A DNA stretch of 64,000 bases from a virus. Shown piece after piece: positions 1 through 11,152 of this stretch. Position numbers and translations under genes: made by a program. The notes under the pieces are model-generated. The model was not told the origin of the DNA. It ran no database searches and saw only the letters and a list, made by a program, of their open reading frames with translations. Each line of letters opens with the position of its first letter. The stretch's first letter is position 1. The stretch spans positions 24,727 through 88,726 of the IMG/VR virus record IMGVR_UViG_3300034198_004780; one strand, given 5' to 3'.

Positions 1-3000
1 GTTATTTTAGAATATGAAACTCGAGTTTTTAATAATCTAAAAGTAAAATATAATCCTGATTTATTAGATATTAGCACAGTATTACCAGGAGCTTTTAGAG
101 ACAACTCTTACTCTCAAACTGAAGTTACTGATCTAGTAACAGCTGACTTTTTAAGATGGGCCGGATCGTTTGGAGTTGATTATCAAACCAATAATACACT
201 TGACGAATTGAATTCGTTTACATTTAATTACACAGGATCCGTTGATACCTTACGTAAAAATTCACTAACAGGATATTGGAGATCGATATACAAATATTTC
301 TATGACACTGATCGTCCCCACACACATCCGTGGGAAATGCTAGGTTTTTCAGAAGAACCAGTGTGGTGGACCAATGTCTACGGACCAGCTCCGTATACTA
401 GCGGTAATCTTGTGCTATGGGATGATTTAGAAGCGGGTCGAATTGTTCAAGGTGATCGTGCTGGCATTAATATTGCGTATGCTCGTCCTGGTCTAAGCAA
501 AATAATCCCAGTTAATGAAAGCGGAGTATTATTAAGCCCTACCGATTCGGGCCTTGCTGCTACACCTATTGTTAATCCTAATGATCCAAGACGTTTAGTG
601 GTGTTACGCAGCGATCAAATTGCCAACAGATGGGCGGTAGGAGATCAGGGTCCTGCTGAAACTGCTTGGCGTAGAAGTAGCTATTGGCCGTTTGCTTGCC
701 AAGTATTAATGGCATTGGCTTATCCAGCCACCTATGCCGCACAATTATTTGATACAAGTCGCATAAAGAAAAACATTGCAGGCCAATACAAATATGGCGA
801 TACTAAAACGTTTTTAAATCCTTCAAAGGTCTTAATTTATAGAGATGTAATAGATAGCCAGCGTGTTTTAGCATCGGGCTACAGTGTATTTGTTATTGAA
901 GCTGGAATTTCTAAAAATATAAATTATTTGAATTCATTAAAAGTTGATCTAACAAATTTAGATTATCGTCTAATGGTTAAACTTGGCGGTTTTGCCAGCA
1001 AAGAAAAATTACAAGTGGGAATAGATGCTGTAGACCCAACTAGCCCATATCCCGGTGCATTAATTCCATCTGAAGACTACAACATATTCTTCAACAAAAG
1101 CAATCCTATTGAAAGTCTTGAAATCTCGGGCCTTATTATTCAAAAAACGGGCCTCGGCTATTCAATTCGAGGATATGACAAATATAAACCATACTTTACT
1201 ATTTTAAAACCATTTGCGTCCAATCTTGATCAAATAGAGCGAGTGGGCGGACGTAGCGAATCTTATGTAACCTGGTCACAGAATACAACGTATAATATTG
1301 GACAGATAGTATTTTATACTGATAGATATTATAGAGTAACACAGCGGCATAATAGCGATGTTTCGTTTAATCTGTCATATTATCAAAGTTTACCATACCT
1401 ACCAACAGTGGGCGGAGTAGGCGTTTCAAGACGCACTGCATTTGACACAAGCGAAACTGTTGTTCCATATGGTGTAGAATACAAAACAATACAAGAAGTG
1501 TACGACTTAATTGTTGGATACGGGCAATGGTTGGAATCAAAAGGATTTATATTTGAAGAATTTAATTCTACATTGGAGCAAATACTTGATTGGAAATTCA
1601 CGGCTAAAGAATTCTTATATTGGACTACTCAAAACTGGGATGTAAACTCTATTATCACGTTAAGTCCGTTTGCTAATAAACTTACATTGAGATCAGATCA
1701 GGGTGTTGTTGAAAACATTATGAATGAATTCTACGAATACAGTTTATTAAAAGCCGACGGCAACATGTTTTCTAAAAATAATTTTACATTAGTAAGATTG
1801 GATGGCGAATTTTCAATTACAACAATGAATACACAAGATGGAATGTTCTTTGCTAGATTAAATTTAGTGCAAAAAGAGCATGCAGTGGTAATGAATAATT
1901 TTACCCTATTCAAAGACGTGGTGTATGCTGTAGAAACTGGCTACCGCCAACGGCGTGTTAAATTAAAAGGATTTCGAACAGCCAACTGGAATGGAGATTT
2001 TTTCAGTCCAGGATTTGTGTTTGATCAAGCAGTTGTTAGCGATTGGCAGAAGTTTGTGGATTATGGTATTGGTTCGGTGATTCGCTTCTCTGGAAAATAT
2101 TATTCGGCAATTAAATCAATCATTGGATCGAGTGCCTTTGATATTACTCAGTGGGCGCCACTAAATGAAAAACCAGAAGCTCAATTATTACCAAACTTTG
2201 ATTATAAGATTAATCAGTTTGAAGATTTCTATTCGTTAGACATTGACAACTTTGATGTTGGCCAACAGTCAATGGCACAACATTTAATTGGGTATACCCC
2301 GCGACCATATTTAAATTATATTATTTCTGATCCAACTGCACAGTACAAATTTTATCAAGGATTCATACGAGATAAAGGCAGTAAGAAATCTCTAACTAAT
2401 CTAAGTAAAGCTAGCTTTAATAACTTCCGTAGTTCTATTGATTTTAACGAAGAATGGGCGTTCCGTATTGGCTACTATGGTGGATACAACACATACCAAG
2501 AATTAGAAACATCGTTAGAATCTACAGGATTTATTGAGAATCCGCAGATTTTACAATTTGTTGAAAATAAACCTGTAGGTAAATCAGATACTGTTTATTA
2601 CAAAGATGAAGCAGATGCAATTATTAAACCTGAAAATTTTAATATTAATTTGATATTTCCTACAATTGAAACAACGCTAGCTGAAAATAATTTTAAATTA
2701 CCAGTGGCGGGATACGTGAGATTTGATGATGTCACCTCCACCGCCTATAATAAAAACAGCATATTAGACATTGCTAATAACAGCTTGTTAAAAGTTGGAA
2801 CTACCATTTGGTTAGGATTTAGAGAAGACGGTGAATGGGATGTTCTTCGATTAACTGAAGTTCCCACAATTATTACTGCGGTTGCTATTAATGTTGTTGG
2901 AGAATCGTTAACAATTAGCACTTACTATCCGCATCAACAATCGGTAGGTGACTTAATTAGCATTACAAGAATAGCTAGAGATATTGATCGATGCTATGTT

Positions 3001-6000
3001 ATTGATGAGGTACTAGGTCCAAATCAGTTTGTTGTTCGATCAACAATAAAATCAATGCCTCCGTTACCAAACACTATAAGGGGGTTAATGTTCTCATTTG
3101 ATTCTTCAAGATTAAGAACATTCGATGATCTTTCTGATATTAAATTTTTAGATCGCTGGGCACTTGGTGAAAAAGTTTGGGTAGATGATGACGGAACCGG
3201 CAAATGGGTAGTTTATAAAAAGAGTAATAACTACCAAGCAACTGTTTATAGCTCTATAATTCCTAAGTCTGGACAACATTATGCCAGCACCATAGTAACT
3301 GATGATAAAATTGTTGACGGTAGAACAGTAACAGTGGTTGTTGCATCTGCACCTGATTTTCAAGAAATTAACTTAGATGGTGATGATCTTCGAGGCAGAG
3401 TGTTTATATCAGTTAAAGACAGTTTTGGTGAAATCCAGTCATTTAATAATTACAATCTAAACGAAGATGTAACTTATTATAGTACTGCCACAAGTAGCCT
3501 TACTAATTTTGGTCAGAGTCTAGCATTTAATGCGACAGCCAATTTAGTAGTGGCAGGCGCTCCAGCAACCTCAAATGTCAAAACCGCACAATCTAGCAAC
3601 GGCTTTATTGTTAATACCGACTCTGAAGCAATTGAGCCTTTTGCAAAACAAGGTGTAGTAAAACTTTCAGTTCTAAATGCCGGATATAGAGAAATTGACA
3701 GTGCTCGAGTAGTTATTACAACTCCAATCCCTCAAACAGGCGCGGAATTTGGAACAAGCATTGCTCTTTCGTCAACATCGACTACAAACTTTAAATTATT
3801 AGTTGGTGCTCCGGGGCAAACAGTTAATAATGTTAGTTCTGCTGGTGCCGTTTACATATACAATGTTGTAGTTTCTACGGCAACAATAGCAGTTACTACC
3901 AGCACACAATCCGCTCTATTACAAGATTCAACGAACCCATTAATTGCTAATAGTGAATTTGGTACATCAATTTCTGGAAACGCTAGTCTAACCAGAGTTG
4001 CGGTATCTGCTCCTGGTTACTTTTCTAACAGCACTACATCAACAGGGGCTGTATTTGTTTATGATTTTGCAACCACATCAACTCCCACTATAATTACAGG
4101 CGAGGACGCAGCTATTAAATTTGGATCAGGAGATCAATTTGGTCCTAAAGTTACAATGACCAAGGACGGCGAATATCTCATAGTGGCAAGCTATAATGCA
4201 CTTGACCCGGATCTCGGAATACGGTCAGGGGTTGTTGATATTTTTAAATGGAATTCTGTTGCCAAGAAGTTTAAGCACCATCAACGCATCGGAGCGCCAA
4301 TATCGGCAGTCAACTCAACATTTGTTTATGGCTACGATATTTCTATTAGCGAGTCCGGTGATACTCTAGTTATTTCGTCAGTTGGCAATTCTAGAACTCC
4401 GCCACCAACATTTGACAAGTATACTGAACGATACAGTACATCAACAATCCTTGCTAAGAATTTTGAATCAATTTATGTAAATAATCTCACTTCAGATGAG
4501 CGGAATTCTCCAACAACGTTTGACAGTGGCGCAACAACATTTTCTTCTAACGTTATTAATGCAGGTACTGTGCATGTTTATAACCGGTTAGGGACCGGTG
4601 CAACTAAATGGGCCCATGCACAAAGTCTTTACAGTTCAGATATTGTATCTAATAGCATGTTTGGCCGCTCTGTATTTGCGACAAATAATTCAGTGTATGT
4701 CGGAGCTCCGGCCAAGTTATTAAACGGTAATGACGGAGCTAATCTTGGAATTGGACAATTGTTTTCGTTTGATAAAATTGATAATTCTATTAACAGTTGG
4801 GCACTGTATAGAAATCAAGCGCCATCGGTTGACCTTGAACCAATTACAAGAGCAATTACAATAGATTCTAATTCGGAGCAGATACAATATTATATTGATA
4901 TCATTGATCCCATTAAAGGTAAAGTCTTAGGAACAGCTGCAGAAGAATTGCGATACGTGACTTCTTATGATCCTGCAATATATAGTTTAGGAATATTAGG
5001 AGTTAATGTTAATTCTAATACCAACTGGCTTGATGAACACGTTGGCGAGTTATGGTGGGATCTATCATCAGTTAAGTACGTGTGGTATGAACAAGGTGAG
5101 CTAGAGTATAGAAAAAATAACTGGAATAATATATTCCCAGGTAGTTCTATTGATGTATATGAATGGGTAAGATCAGAGTATCTTCCAGCCGAATGGAGTC
5201 AGTTAGCAGATACAGCCGACGGACTAACACAAGGAGTAAGTGGACAACCTAAGTTTGTAGATAATTCAGTTATTAGTGTAAAACAAGTTTATAACTCTGT
5301 TTCAAATGCGTTTACTAATGTTTATTACTATTGGGTTAAGAATAAGGTCACAGTACCGACTAAAGTTGCTAACCGCAATAGATCTGCATTTGATATTGCT
5401 AATCAAATTGCTGATCCATTAAGTTCTGGACTACAATTTTTAGCAGTTATTAGTCCAACGTCGGTAATGTTGGCAAATATAAAATCTGTCATTGCCTCGG
5501 AACAGATTAATCTAAATATTTCGTTTGATCTAATTAATGATTCTGCAAACCGTCACACTGAATGGTTATTGCTAGAAGAAAACAATGCCAATAGTAAACC
5601 AAACTGGTTGTTAGAAAAGAAATTAATAGATAGTTTGTTAGGACACGATTCACTGGGAAATCCAGTGCCGGACCCCACATTGCCAAACAAATTACAATAT
5701 GGTATTGAAGTTCGCCCTCGTCAAAGTTTATTTGTTAATCGTCGAGAAGCGTTAAGAAACATAATTGAATTTGTTAATGACATACTCAGCAAGCAGTTAA
5801 TTACGGGGCAAATTAACTTTGCTAATTTAAATGCGGTTGACGATTTACCTAATGCGTCAACGTACGATTCTATCGTTGAGGATATTTTTACTTTAGAATT
5901 AATATCTACGAAATCTTTAATCACAGCAGAATTACAGCCAGTTATAGATTCTAATGGAAAAATTACCAACGTAACTATAGTAAATGCTGGATATGGTTAT

Positions 6001-9000
6001 CTAACAACCCCAACTGTATCTATTAATGGTACTGGCTTTGGAGCAGAAATTAGCTTAACTATTAACTCGTTTGGCAGTATTACAGAAGTCAATATTATAA
6101 ATGCCGGCACAAATTATACAGCAGATACAGAATTTGTTGTTCGCCCATATACCACAGTAGTACAGACAGATTCAAACTCAGCAAATAAATGGGCAGTATA
6201 TGAGTGGTCCGCAAATAAATCTGAATGGATTAAAATTCGTACACAAGATTTCAATACTACTTTATTCTGGAAATATATCGATTGGTCTGCTACCGATTAC
6301 GACCCATTAAAAGAAATTATTTCTACCGTTTCGTCTGTTTATGCTTTAGAAGCACTACAGGTATTATCCGAGGGCAGCTATGTTAAGGTTTTGAACGGCG
6401 GTGATGGCCGTTATCTAATTTTGAAAAAAACAAATGGAGCAGGCGGATCGTTTGAGCCAGATTGGGATGTTGTATATTCCGAAAAAGGAACAATTAAATT
6501 TTTAGAAACCATCTGGAACTTATCCGGAACACTATATGCTTGGGATGAAATAGTTGGATTTGATCAAACACAATATGATCAAGCACCCGATAAAGAGATT
6601 GAATTTATCTTAACTGCGCTTAAAGATGATATCTTTATTAGTGATCGTAAGGTTTACTGGAATCAACTATTCTTTAAAGCAGTTCGTTATGCAATGAGCG
6701 AACAGAAGTTTCTCGATTGGGCATTTAAAACAACATTTATTAGTGTTGTTAATAATTCTGGAAGTTTGGATCAAGTAGCTACTTATAAATTAGAAAATGT
6801 CAAGTATTATGAAGATTTCTTAAAAGAAATTAAACCATACCATACTAAGATTAGAAAATTCACCGAACAATACACTACTACAGAATTAACGAATACATTC
6901 TCAACTGACTTTGATTTACCAAGCTATTACAATACATCTACTTTAAACTTTAATAAAGTTGAATTTGGAAATAATCTACTATTGCAATATCCGTGGAAAG
7001 CGTGGTATGACAATTATGCCTACGGTGTGTCTACCATTGAATTATATGATAGCGGAGTTGGATATACAGAAACTCCTATAGTTAACATTGTAGCCGCAGC
7101 CGGTGATACAGGACATAGTGCAACAGCGGTGGCCTTTATATCGTTAGGTAGAATTTCACGAATTATTGTTACCAATCCTGGTAAGGGATACACAGCAACG
7201 CCAACAATATCTATTAACGGTGGCGGCAGTACTGTGCTGACTCCTGCTAGAGCTTATGCTCAATTGGGTGGCAGTCCGGTGAGATCTAATTCTATTACAA
7301 TGAAGTTTGATAGAACAACAGGTAACAGAGAAATTGGTGAGCAGTACTACACAGATACATTTGTTGCGCAAGGTGAAAATTTATTGTTTAATTTAACTTG
7401 GGTACCTGTACCTAATAAAGAATTAATTGTAATAACTCGAAATGGTATACTACAATTAGATGACTCGTATACTATATTATATAGTACAGCAAAATATAAT
7501 CCTCAACCTAATACTGAATATACTAAACAATCTGCAACACTGCGTTTAGAATTTATTCCAACAACTGGTGATGTGATAAAAATTACATATCCTAAGAGTT
7601 TGAATTTATATAACGCTGCAAGTCGTATTGAAGATTATTATCAACCTGGACCAGGCATGCCTGGAAAGGATCTCTCACAATTAATGACTGGTCTAGAATA
7701 TTCTGGTTTAATTGTTGACGGGCTACCATTTAACTTTGCTGGCGGCTGGGATGCAATGCCGTATGCCTCCACTGGCTGGGATAATTATGCTTTAGAAAAT
7801 GGCTATACATCCTTTGTAACTACACAAACATCTACGCAAACTTTTGTTCTTCCTACATTGATTACTACGGGTACTGAGGTTAATGTCTATGTTAAGAGCA
7901 TGGGCGATTCTAAAATTAATGGTCAGAGAATTGACAGCACTTCGACAACCTCATTAGTGCAGACATTGATTGGATTAGGAACAGGCGCTGTTGATAAGAT
8001 TGAAGTATTGATCCCGGGGATCGGCTATTCAAATACATACACAACATTTTCAATCTCCGCACCAAATACTGTAGGCGGAACAAATGCCGCGGCAACTATG
8101 GTTATTAATAGCGGATCTGTTACAAGTTTCGTAATTACCAATCCTGGAAGTGGATACACTGAGCCTCCAACAGTTACTATTGTTGAATCTATTAATCCAA
8201 ATAATTCAACAAGCACTATAACTCTGCCAGCTATTGCTAGAGCAGTTCTAAAAGCAGAGTTTACCGCAGTAGGTTCAACAGCAACAACATCAACTGTGAC
8301 AATACCTGACGCTGCGTTTACTACAACTTCAACATTGGTGATGTTTAGATACGCTGACAGCGACGGCACGGTATTGCCAACAGACCAAGACAGTTTAGAT
8401 GCGGTAGTTAGTGGCGGTAATTTAGCCTACACTACAGCATTGGGATTATCTCCTTCAGAAATTATTCTAGACGGCGGCTCACAAGCTACTCGCAGTATTA
8501 CTGGAATGATGGATGATGGATTCTTAAATAGTATTAACAGTCACGCACCAGAAGAATGTGTACCGGGACAGATTCAAGAGGCTGTAGGAATTAGCGTGTA
8601 TACTCAACCATCTAGTGCCGCACCAATAATTACCAATAGAAAATATTGGGCTGACGGAACTACATTAACCTACAAGTTAGGAGTTAAACCAGCCAATGCT
8701 GATTCGGTGATTGCAATCTTTAATAATCAATTAGTTCCTTCTAATGATTATACAATTGATTATGTTAATAATACATTCACATTCAATTCAAACACCGTTG
8801 GAACAGGTTGGCTAAGTCTAACATCAATGCAGTTGGGTACTTTAACACTACTAGGCACGTTTAACACTAGCACCTCTGCAGCCAGTGCGGTCTATACATC
8901 AGTGGTAAAATTTGCCGATGTAGGCAGTGTTTATGTTACAGTAAATGGGATCTCAACAACTAATTATACATTAAGTAGCTACCGTCGTCGTGCAAGATTA

Positions 9001-10506
9001 ACAATTAACGAGCCAGGAACTATTCAGGCGTATTTGTTTAATGGAGTAGAAAAATCGTTCAGTGAAGTAACGGATCAAATAATAGTAACAACGTCGACAA
9101 CTTCTACATTTGTCCTAAGTCAACCTCCAGGTAAAGTAGAACCATTTCATAGTCAAGTAATTGTAACTAAAAATGGATTAAGATTGCAACCTCCAGTTAC
9201 TACCTATTATAAAGTTTCTAATTCTCAATCAGTTTATGATATAAGTCAGTCTATTGTATATCCTGCAGGTTTGATCGATTTACAGCGAATTGAAGTTTAT
9301 GTTAACGGCGCAAAAATACCAGTTGGACAAGATTGGAATCTTGATCAAGGTGCGGGCCAGATTATTTTTAATAATAGTGTTATTTTTGATAATGACGTAA
9401 TAGCAATCGTAGTTAAGCAAGAAAACGATTATCTAATCGAAAATAACAAATTAATTTTAATCAACGCTGTACCAACCGGAACCAAGATAGAAATCACTAC
9501 ATTTACCAATCACGATCCTAATTTTATAAGAACAGAAACATTCAAAGGAGCAGTCAGCAACCAATACACAATGCAACGTCCTATATTAGATTCTGCGTAT
9601 GTATGGGCATCCTATAATGGAGAACCATTAATTGTCAATCTAGACTACACTATTGATATTGATAATCGAACTGTTGTTTTAAGAAATGGCCTGTATCAAG
9701 GTCCAGATGATATTGCGGTAATAACAAGTTTTGCAGATATATCGGCAAAAGAACTAATTGCCTATAGAATCTTTAAAGACATGCTAGGCCGCACTCATTA
9801 CAAACGATTAAGCGCACAAAATTCTACAGAGTTGGTTCAAGATTTAACAATGACTGCAACATCAATTACGGTTCAAGACAGCAGCGTTTTAACTAAACCT
9901 GATCCATTACATAATCTTCCAGGCATAGTGTTGATTGACGGTGAAAGAATAGAATTCTTTACAATTGTAGGCAACACATTAGGACAACTTCGCAGAAGCA
10001 CATTAGGTACAGCACCTAAGAATATTTACACAGCAGGAACTCCTGTAATTGATCAAGGAACGCATCAAACAGTGCCGTTCAAAGAAACTGTGGTTAAATA
10101 CACCACTGCTACAACTACTGTAACAAATGCGTATTCGTTGTTGGATTCGATTAAATTTGATCCTAGTGTAGCATATAGTGATCAAGTAGAAGTCCGCTAT
10201 CAGGGTCGTCCGTTGTTAAAACCTGGCCTTAATACAACCGAACATCAAATTGAATTGGGCTACGACTCTACATCAACGACTACAGTTGATGTTCCTGTTC
10301 CTTATGGATTTACAATTTCATCAACAAGCAGCGTATTAACACTCAACTTTACTCCGGTTGAAGGGGCACGATTAGAGGTTATAAAACGCACATCTAGGTC
10401 TTGGTATAATGTCCCACAGACATTATTAGAAAATACCACAGATCAAGCTAAATTTTTACTAGAAAGGCCGGCCACGTTGCCAGATAAATATCGTTATGGA
10501 CAATAA
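1..10506 (+). CDS. Giant virion structural protein (baseplate/tail-associated), 5'-truncated, >3,500 aa
   Basis: Frame is open from base 1 (VILEYETRVFNN...). Contains FG-GAP-like propeller repeats (~3270-4780), GxGYTxxPxV repeats and W-x6-Y-xxG-xxV aromatic repeats. Followed by fibre genes. Confidence 0.75.
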   Translation, partial: VILEYETRVFNNLKVKYNPDLLDISTVLPGAFRDNSYSQTEVTDLVTADFLRWAGSFGVDYQTNNTLDELNSFTFNYTGSVDTLRKNSLTGYWRSIYKYFYDTDRPHTHPWEMLGFSEEPVWWTNVYGPAPYTSGNLVLWDDLEAGRIVQGDRAGINIAYARPGLSKIIPVNESGVLLSPTDSGLAATPIVNPNDPRRLVVLRSDQIANRWAVGDQGPAETAWRRSSYWPFACQVLMALAYPATYAAQLFDTSRIKKNIAGQYKYGDTKTFLNPSKVLIYRDVIDSQRVLASGYSVFVIEAGISKNINYLNSLKVDLTNLDYRLMVKLGGFASKEKLQVGIDAVDPTSPYPGALIPSEDYNIFFNKSNPIESLEISGLIIQKTGLGYSIRGYDKYKPYFTILKPFASNLDQIERVGGRSESYVTWSQNTTYNIGQIVFYTDRYYRVTQRHNSDVSFNLSYYQSLPYLPTVGGVGVSRRTAFDTSETVVPYGVEYKTIQEVYDLIVGYGQWLESKGFIFEEFNSTLEQILDWKFTAKEFLYWTTQNWDVNSIITLSPFANKLTLRSDQGVVENIMNEFYEYSLLKADGNMFSKNNFTLVRLDGEFSITTMNTQDGMFFARLNLVQKEHAVVMNNFTLFKDVVYAVETGYRQRRVKLKGFRTANWNGDFFSPGFVFDQAVVSDWQKFVDYGIGSVIRFSGKYYSAIKSIIGSSAFDITQWAPLNEKPEAQLLPNFDYKINQFEDFYSLDIDNFDVGQQSMAQHLIGYTPRPYLNYIISDPTAQYKFYQGFIRDKGSKKSLTNLSKASFNNFRSSIDFNEEWAFRIGYYGGYNTYQELETSLESTGFIENPQILQFVENKPVGKSDTVYYKDEADAIIKPENFNINLIFPTIETTLAENNFKLPVAGYVRFDDVTSTAYNKNSILDIANNSLLKVGTTIWLGFREDGEWDVLRLTEVPTIITAVAINVVGESLTISTYYPHQQSVGDLISITRIARDIDRCYVIDEVLGPNQFVVRSTIKSMPPLPNTIRGLMFSFDSSRLRTFDDLSDIKFLDRWALGEKVWVDDDGTGKWVVYKKSNNYQATVYSSIIPKSGQHYASTIVTDDKIVDGRTVTVVVASAPDFQEINLDGDDLRGRVFISVKDSFGEIQSFNNYNLNEDVTYYSTATSSLTNFGQSLAFNATANLVVAGAPATSNVKTAQSSNGFIVNTDSEAIEPFAKQGVVKLSVLNAGYREIDSARVVITTPIPQTGAEFGTSIALSSTSTTNFKLLVGAPGQTVNNVSSAGAVYIYNVVVSTATIAVTTSTQSALLQDSTNPLIANSEFGTSISGNASLTRVAVSAPGYFSNSTTSTGAVFVYDFATTSTPTIITGEDAAIKFGSGDQFGPKVTMTKDGEYLIVASYNALDPDLGIRSGVVDIFKWNSVAKKFKHHQRIGAPISAVNSTFVYGYDISISESGDTLVISSVGNSRTPPPTFDKYTERYSTSTILAKNFESIYVNNLTSDERNSPTTFDSGATTFSSNVINAGTVHVYNRLGTGATKWAHAQSLYSSDIVSNSMFGRSVFATNNSVYVGAPAKLLNGNDGANLGIGQLFSFDKIDNSINSWALYRNQAPSVDLEPITRAITIDSNSEQIQYYIDIIDPIKGKVLGTAAEELRYVTSYDPAIYSLGILGVNVNSNTNWLDEHVGELWWDLSSVKYVWYEQGELEYRKNNWNNIFPGSSIDVYEWVRSEYLPAEWSQLADTADGLTQGVSGQPKFVDNSVISVKQVYNSVSNAFTNVYYYWVKNKVTVPTKVANRNRSAFDIANQIADPLSSGLQFLAVISPTSVMLANIKSVIASEQINLNISFDLINDSANRHTEWLLLEENNANSKPNWLLEKKLIDSLLGHDSLGNPVPDPTLPNKLQYGIEVRPRQSLFVNRREALRNIIEFVNDILSKQLITGQINFANLNAVDDLPNASTYDSIVEDIFTLELISTKSLITAELQPVIDSNGKITNVTIVNAGYGYLTTPTVSINGTGFGAEISLTINSFGSITEVNIINAGTNYTADTEFVVRPYTTVVQTDSNSANKWAVYEWSANKSEWIKIRTQDFNTTLFWKYIDWSATDYDPLKEIISTVSSVYALEALQVLSEGSYVKVLNGGDGRYLILKKTNGAGGSFEPDWDVVYSEKGTIKFLETIWNLSGTLYAWDEIVGFDQTQYDQAPDKEIEFILTALKDDIFISDRKVYWNQLFFKAVRYAMSEQKFLDWAFKTTFISVVNNSGSLDQVATYKLENVKYYEDFLKEIKPYHTKIRKFTEQYTTTELTNTFSTDFDLPSYYNTSTLNFNKVEFGNNLLLQYPWKAWYDNYAYGVSTIELYDSGVGYTETPIVNIVAAAGDTGHSATAVAFISLGRISRIIVTNPGKGYTATPTISINGGGSTVLTPARAYAQLGGSPVRSNSITMKFDRTTGNREIGEQYYTDTFVAQGENLLFNLTWVPVPNKELIVITRNGILQLDDSYTILYSTAKYNPQPNTEYTKQSATLRLEFIPTTGDVIKITYPKSLNLYNAASRIEDYYQPGPGMPGKDLSQLMTGLEYSGLIVDGLPFNFAGGWDAMPYASTGWDNYALENGYTSFVTTQTSTQTFVLPTLITTGTEVNVYVKSMGDSKINGQRIDSTSTTSLVQTLIGLGTGAVDKIEVLIPGIGYSNTYTTFSISAPNTVGGTNAAATMVINSGSVTSFVITNPGSGYTEPPTVTIVESINPNNSTSTITLPAIARAVLKAEFTAVGSTATTSTVTIPDAAFTTTSTLVMFRYADSDGTVLPTDQDSLDAVVSGGNLAYTTALGLSPSEIILDGGSQATRSITGMMDDGFLNSINSHAPEECVPGQIQEAVGISVYTQPSSAAPIITNRKYWADGTTLTYKLGVKPANADSVIAIFNNQLVPSNDYTIDYVNNTFTFNSNTVGTGWLSLTSMQLGTLTLLGTFNTSTSAASAVYTSVVKFADVGSVYVTVNGISTTNYTLSSYRRRARLTINEPGTIQAYLFNGVEKSFSEVTDQIIVTTSTTSTFVLSQPPGKVEPFHSQVIVTKNGLRLQPPVTTYYKVSNSQSVYDISQSIVYPAGLIDLQRIEVYVNGAKIPVGQDWNLDQGAGQIIFNNSVIFDNDVIAIVVKQENDYLIENNKLILINAVPTGTKIEITTFTNHDPNFIRTETFKGAVSNQYTMQRPILDSAYVWASYNGEPLIVNLDYTIDIDNRTVVLRNGLYQGPDDIAVITSFADISAKELIAYRIFKDMLGRTHYKRLSAQNSTELVQDLTMTATSITVQDSSVLTKPDPLHNLPGIVLIDGERIEFFTIVGNTLGQLRRSTLGTAPKNIYTAGTPVIDQGTHQTVPFKETVVKYTTATTTVTNAYSLLDSIKFDPSVAYSDQVEVRYQGRPLLKPGLNTTEHQIELGYDSTSTTTVDVPVPYGFTISSTSSVLTLNFTPVEGARLEVIKRTSRSWYNVPQTLLENTTDQAKFLLERPATLPDKYRYGQ

Positions 10507-11149
10507 TAAAAAAACACAAGAAATCCCAGTAGTGGTGGATACTCAACCAAACGAGCAGAGTTCTCTACATGTTCGTGGGCATATTAAGATTTTTGACCCC
10601 GAGACTAAAGAAGTCTTCATTGATAAGCCAAACGCTATTCACTACGAAAATTTTAGCATTGGATTAGCACAGGCTATGAGCAATCAGGGCAAAGGCTTTA
10701 TTGCTGAAATGTGCTTTGGCAACGGCGGAAGTCGAATTGACCCAACGGGTATTATAACATATCTTACTCCCAACGCAGTAGGATTAAATGCTGGACTTTA
10801 TAATCAACGATACGTTAAAAATATTGATTCGTCTAATGTACAAAATTTAGATCCGGCTAGAAATTTTATGGAAGTTCGTCATATCACTGGAACAGCATAT
10901 ACTGATATTCTAGTAAGTTGCTTATTAGACTTTGGTGAGCCATCGGGGCAGCAAGCCTTTGACAACAGTACTAGCGTTAATGGCGACTTTGTGTTTGACG
11001 AATTGGGACTACGAAGTTATAGTCCAGAAGGTCCAGGAGAAGGCATGCTGCTAACTCACGTTATTTTCCACCCTGTACAAAAGTCATTAAATCGTTTACT
11101 ACAAATAGATTACACAGTTAGAATTCAAAGTCTAACCAACGGGGCATAA
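10496..11149 (+). CDS. Putative virion/tail structural protein
   Basis: 217-aa ORF between the giant protein and fibre genes, with GATAAATA just upstream. Function inferred from context only. Confidence 0.5.
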   Translation: MDNNKKTQEIPVVVDTQPNEQSSLHVRGHIKIFDPETKEVFIDKPNAIHYENFSIGLAQAMSNQGKGFIAEMCFGNGGSRIDPTGIITYLTPNAVGLNAGLYNQRYVKNIDSSNVQNLDPARNFMEVRHITGTAYTDILVSCLLDFGEPSGQQAFDNSTSVNGDFVFDELGLRSYSPEGPGEGMLLTHVIFHPVQKSLNRLLQIDYTVRIQSLTNGA

Positions 11150-11152
11150 TAA

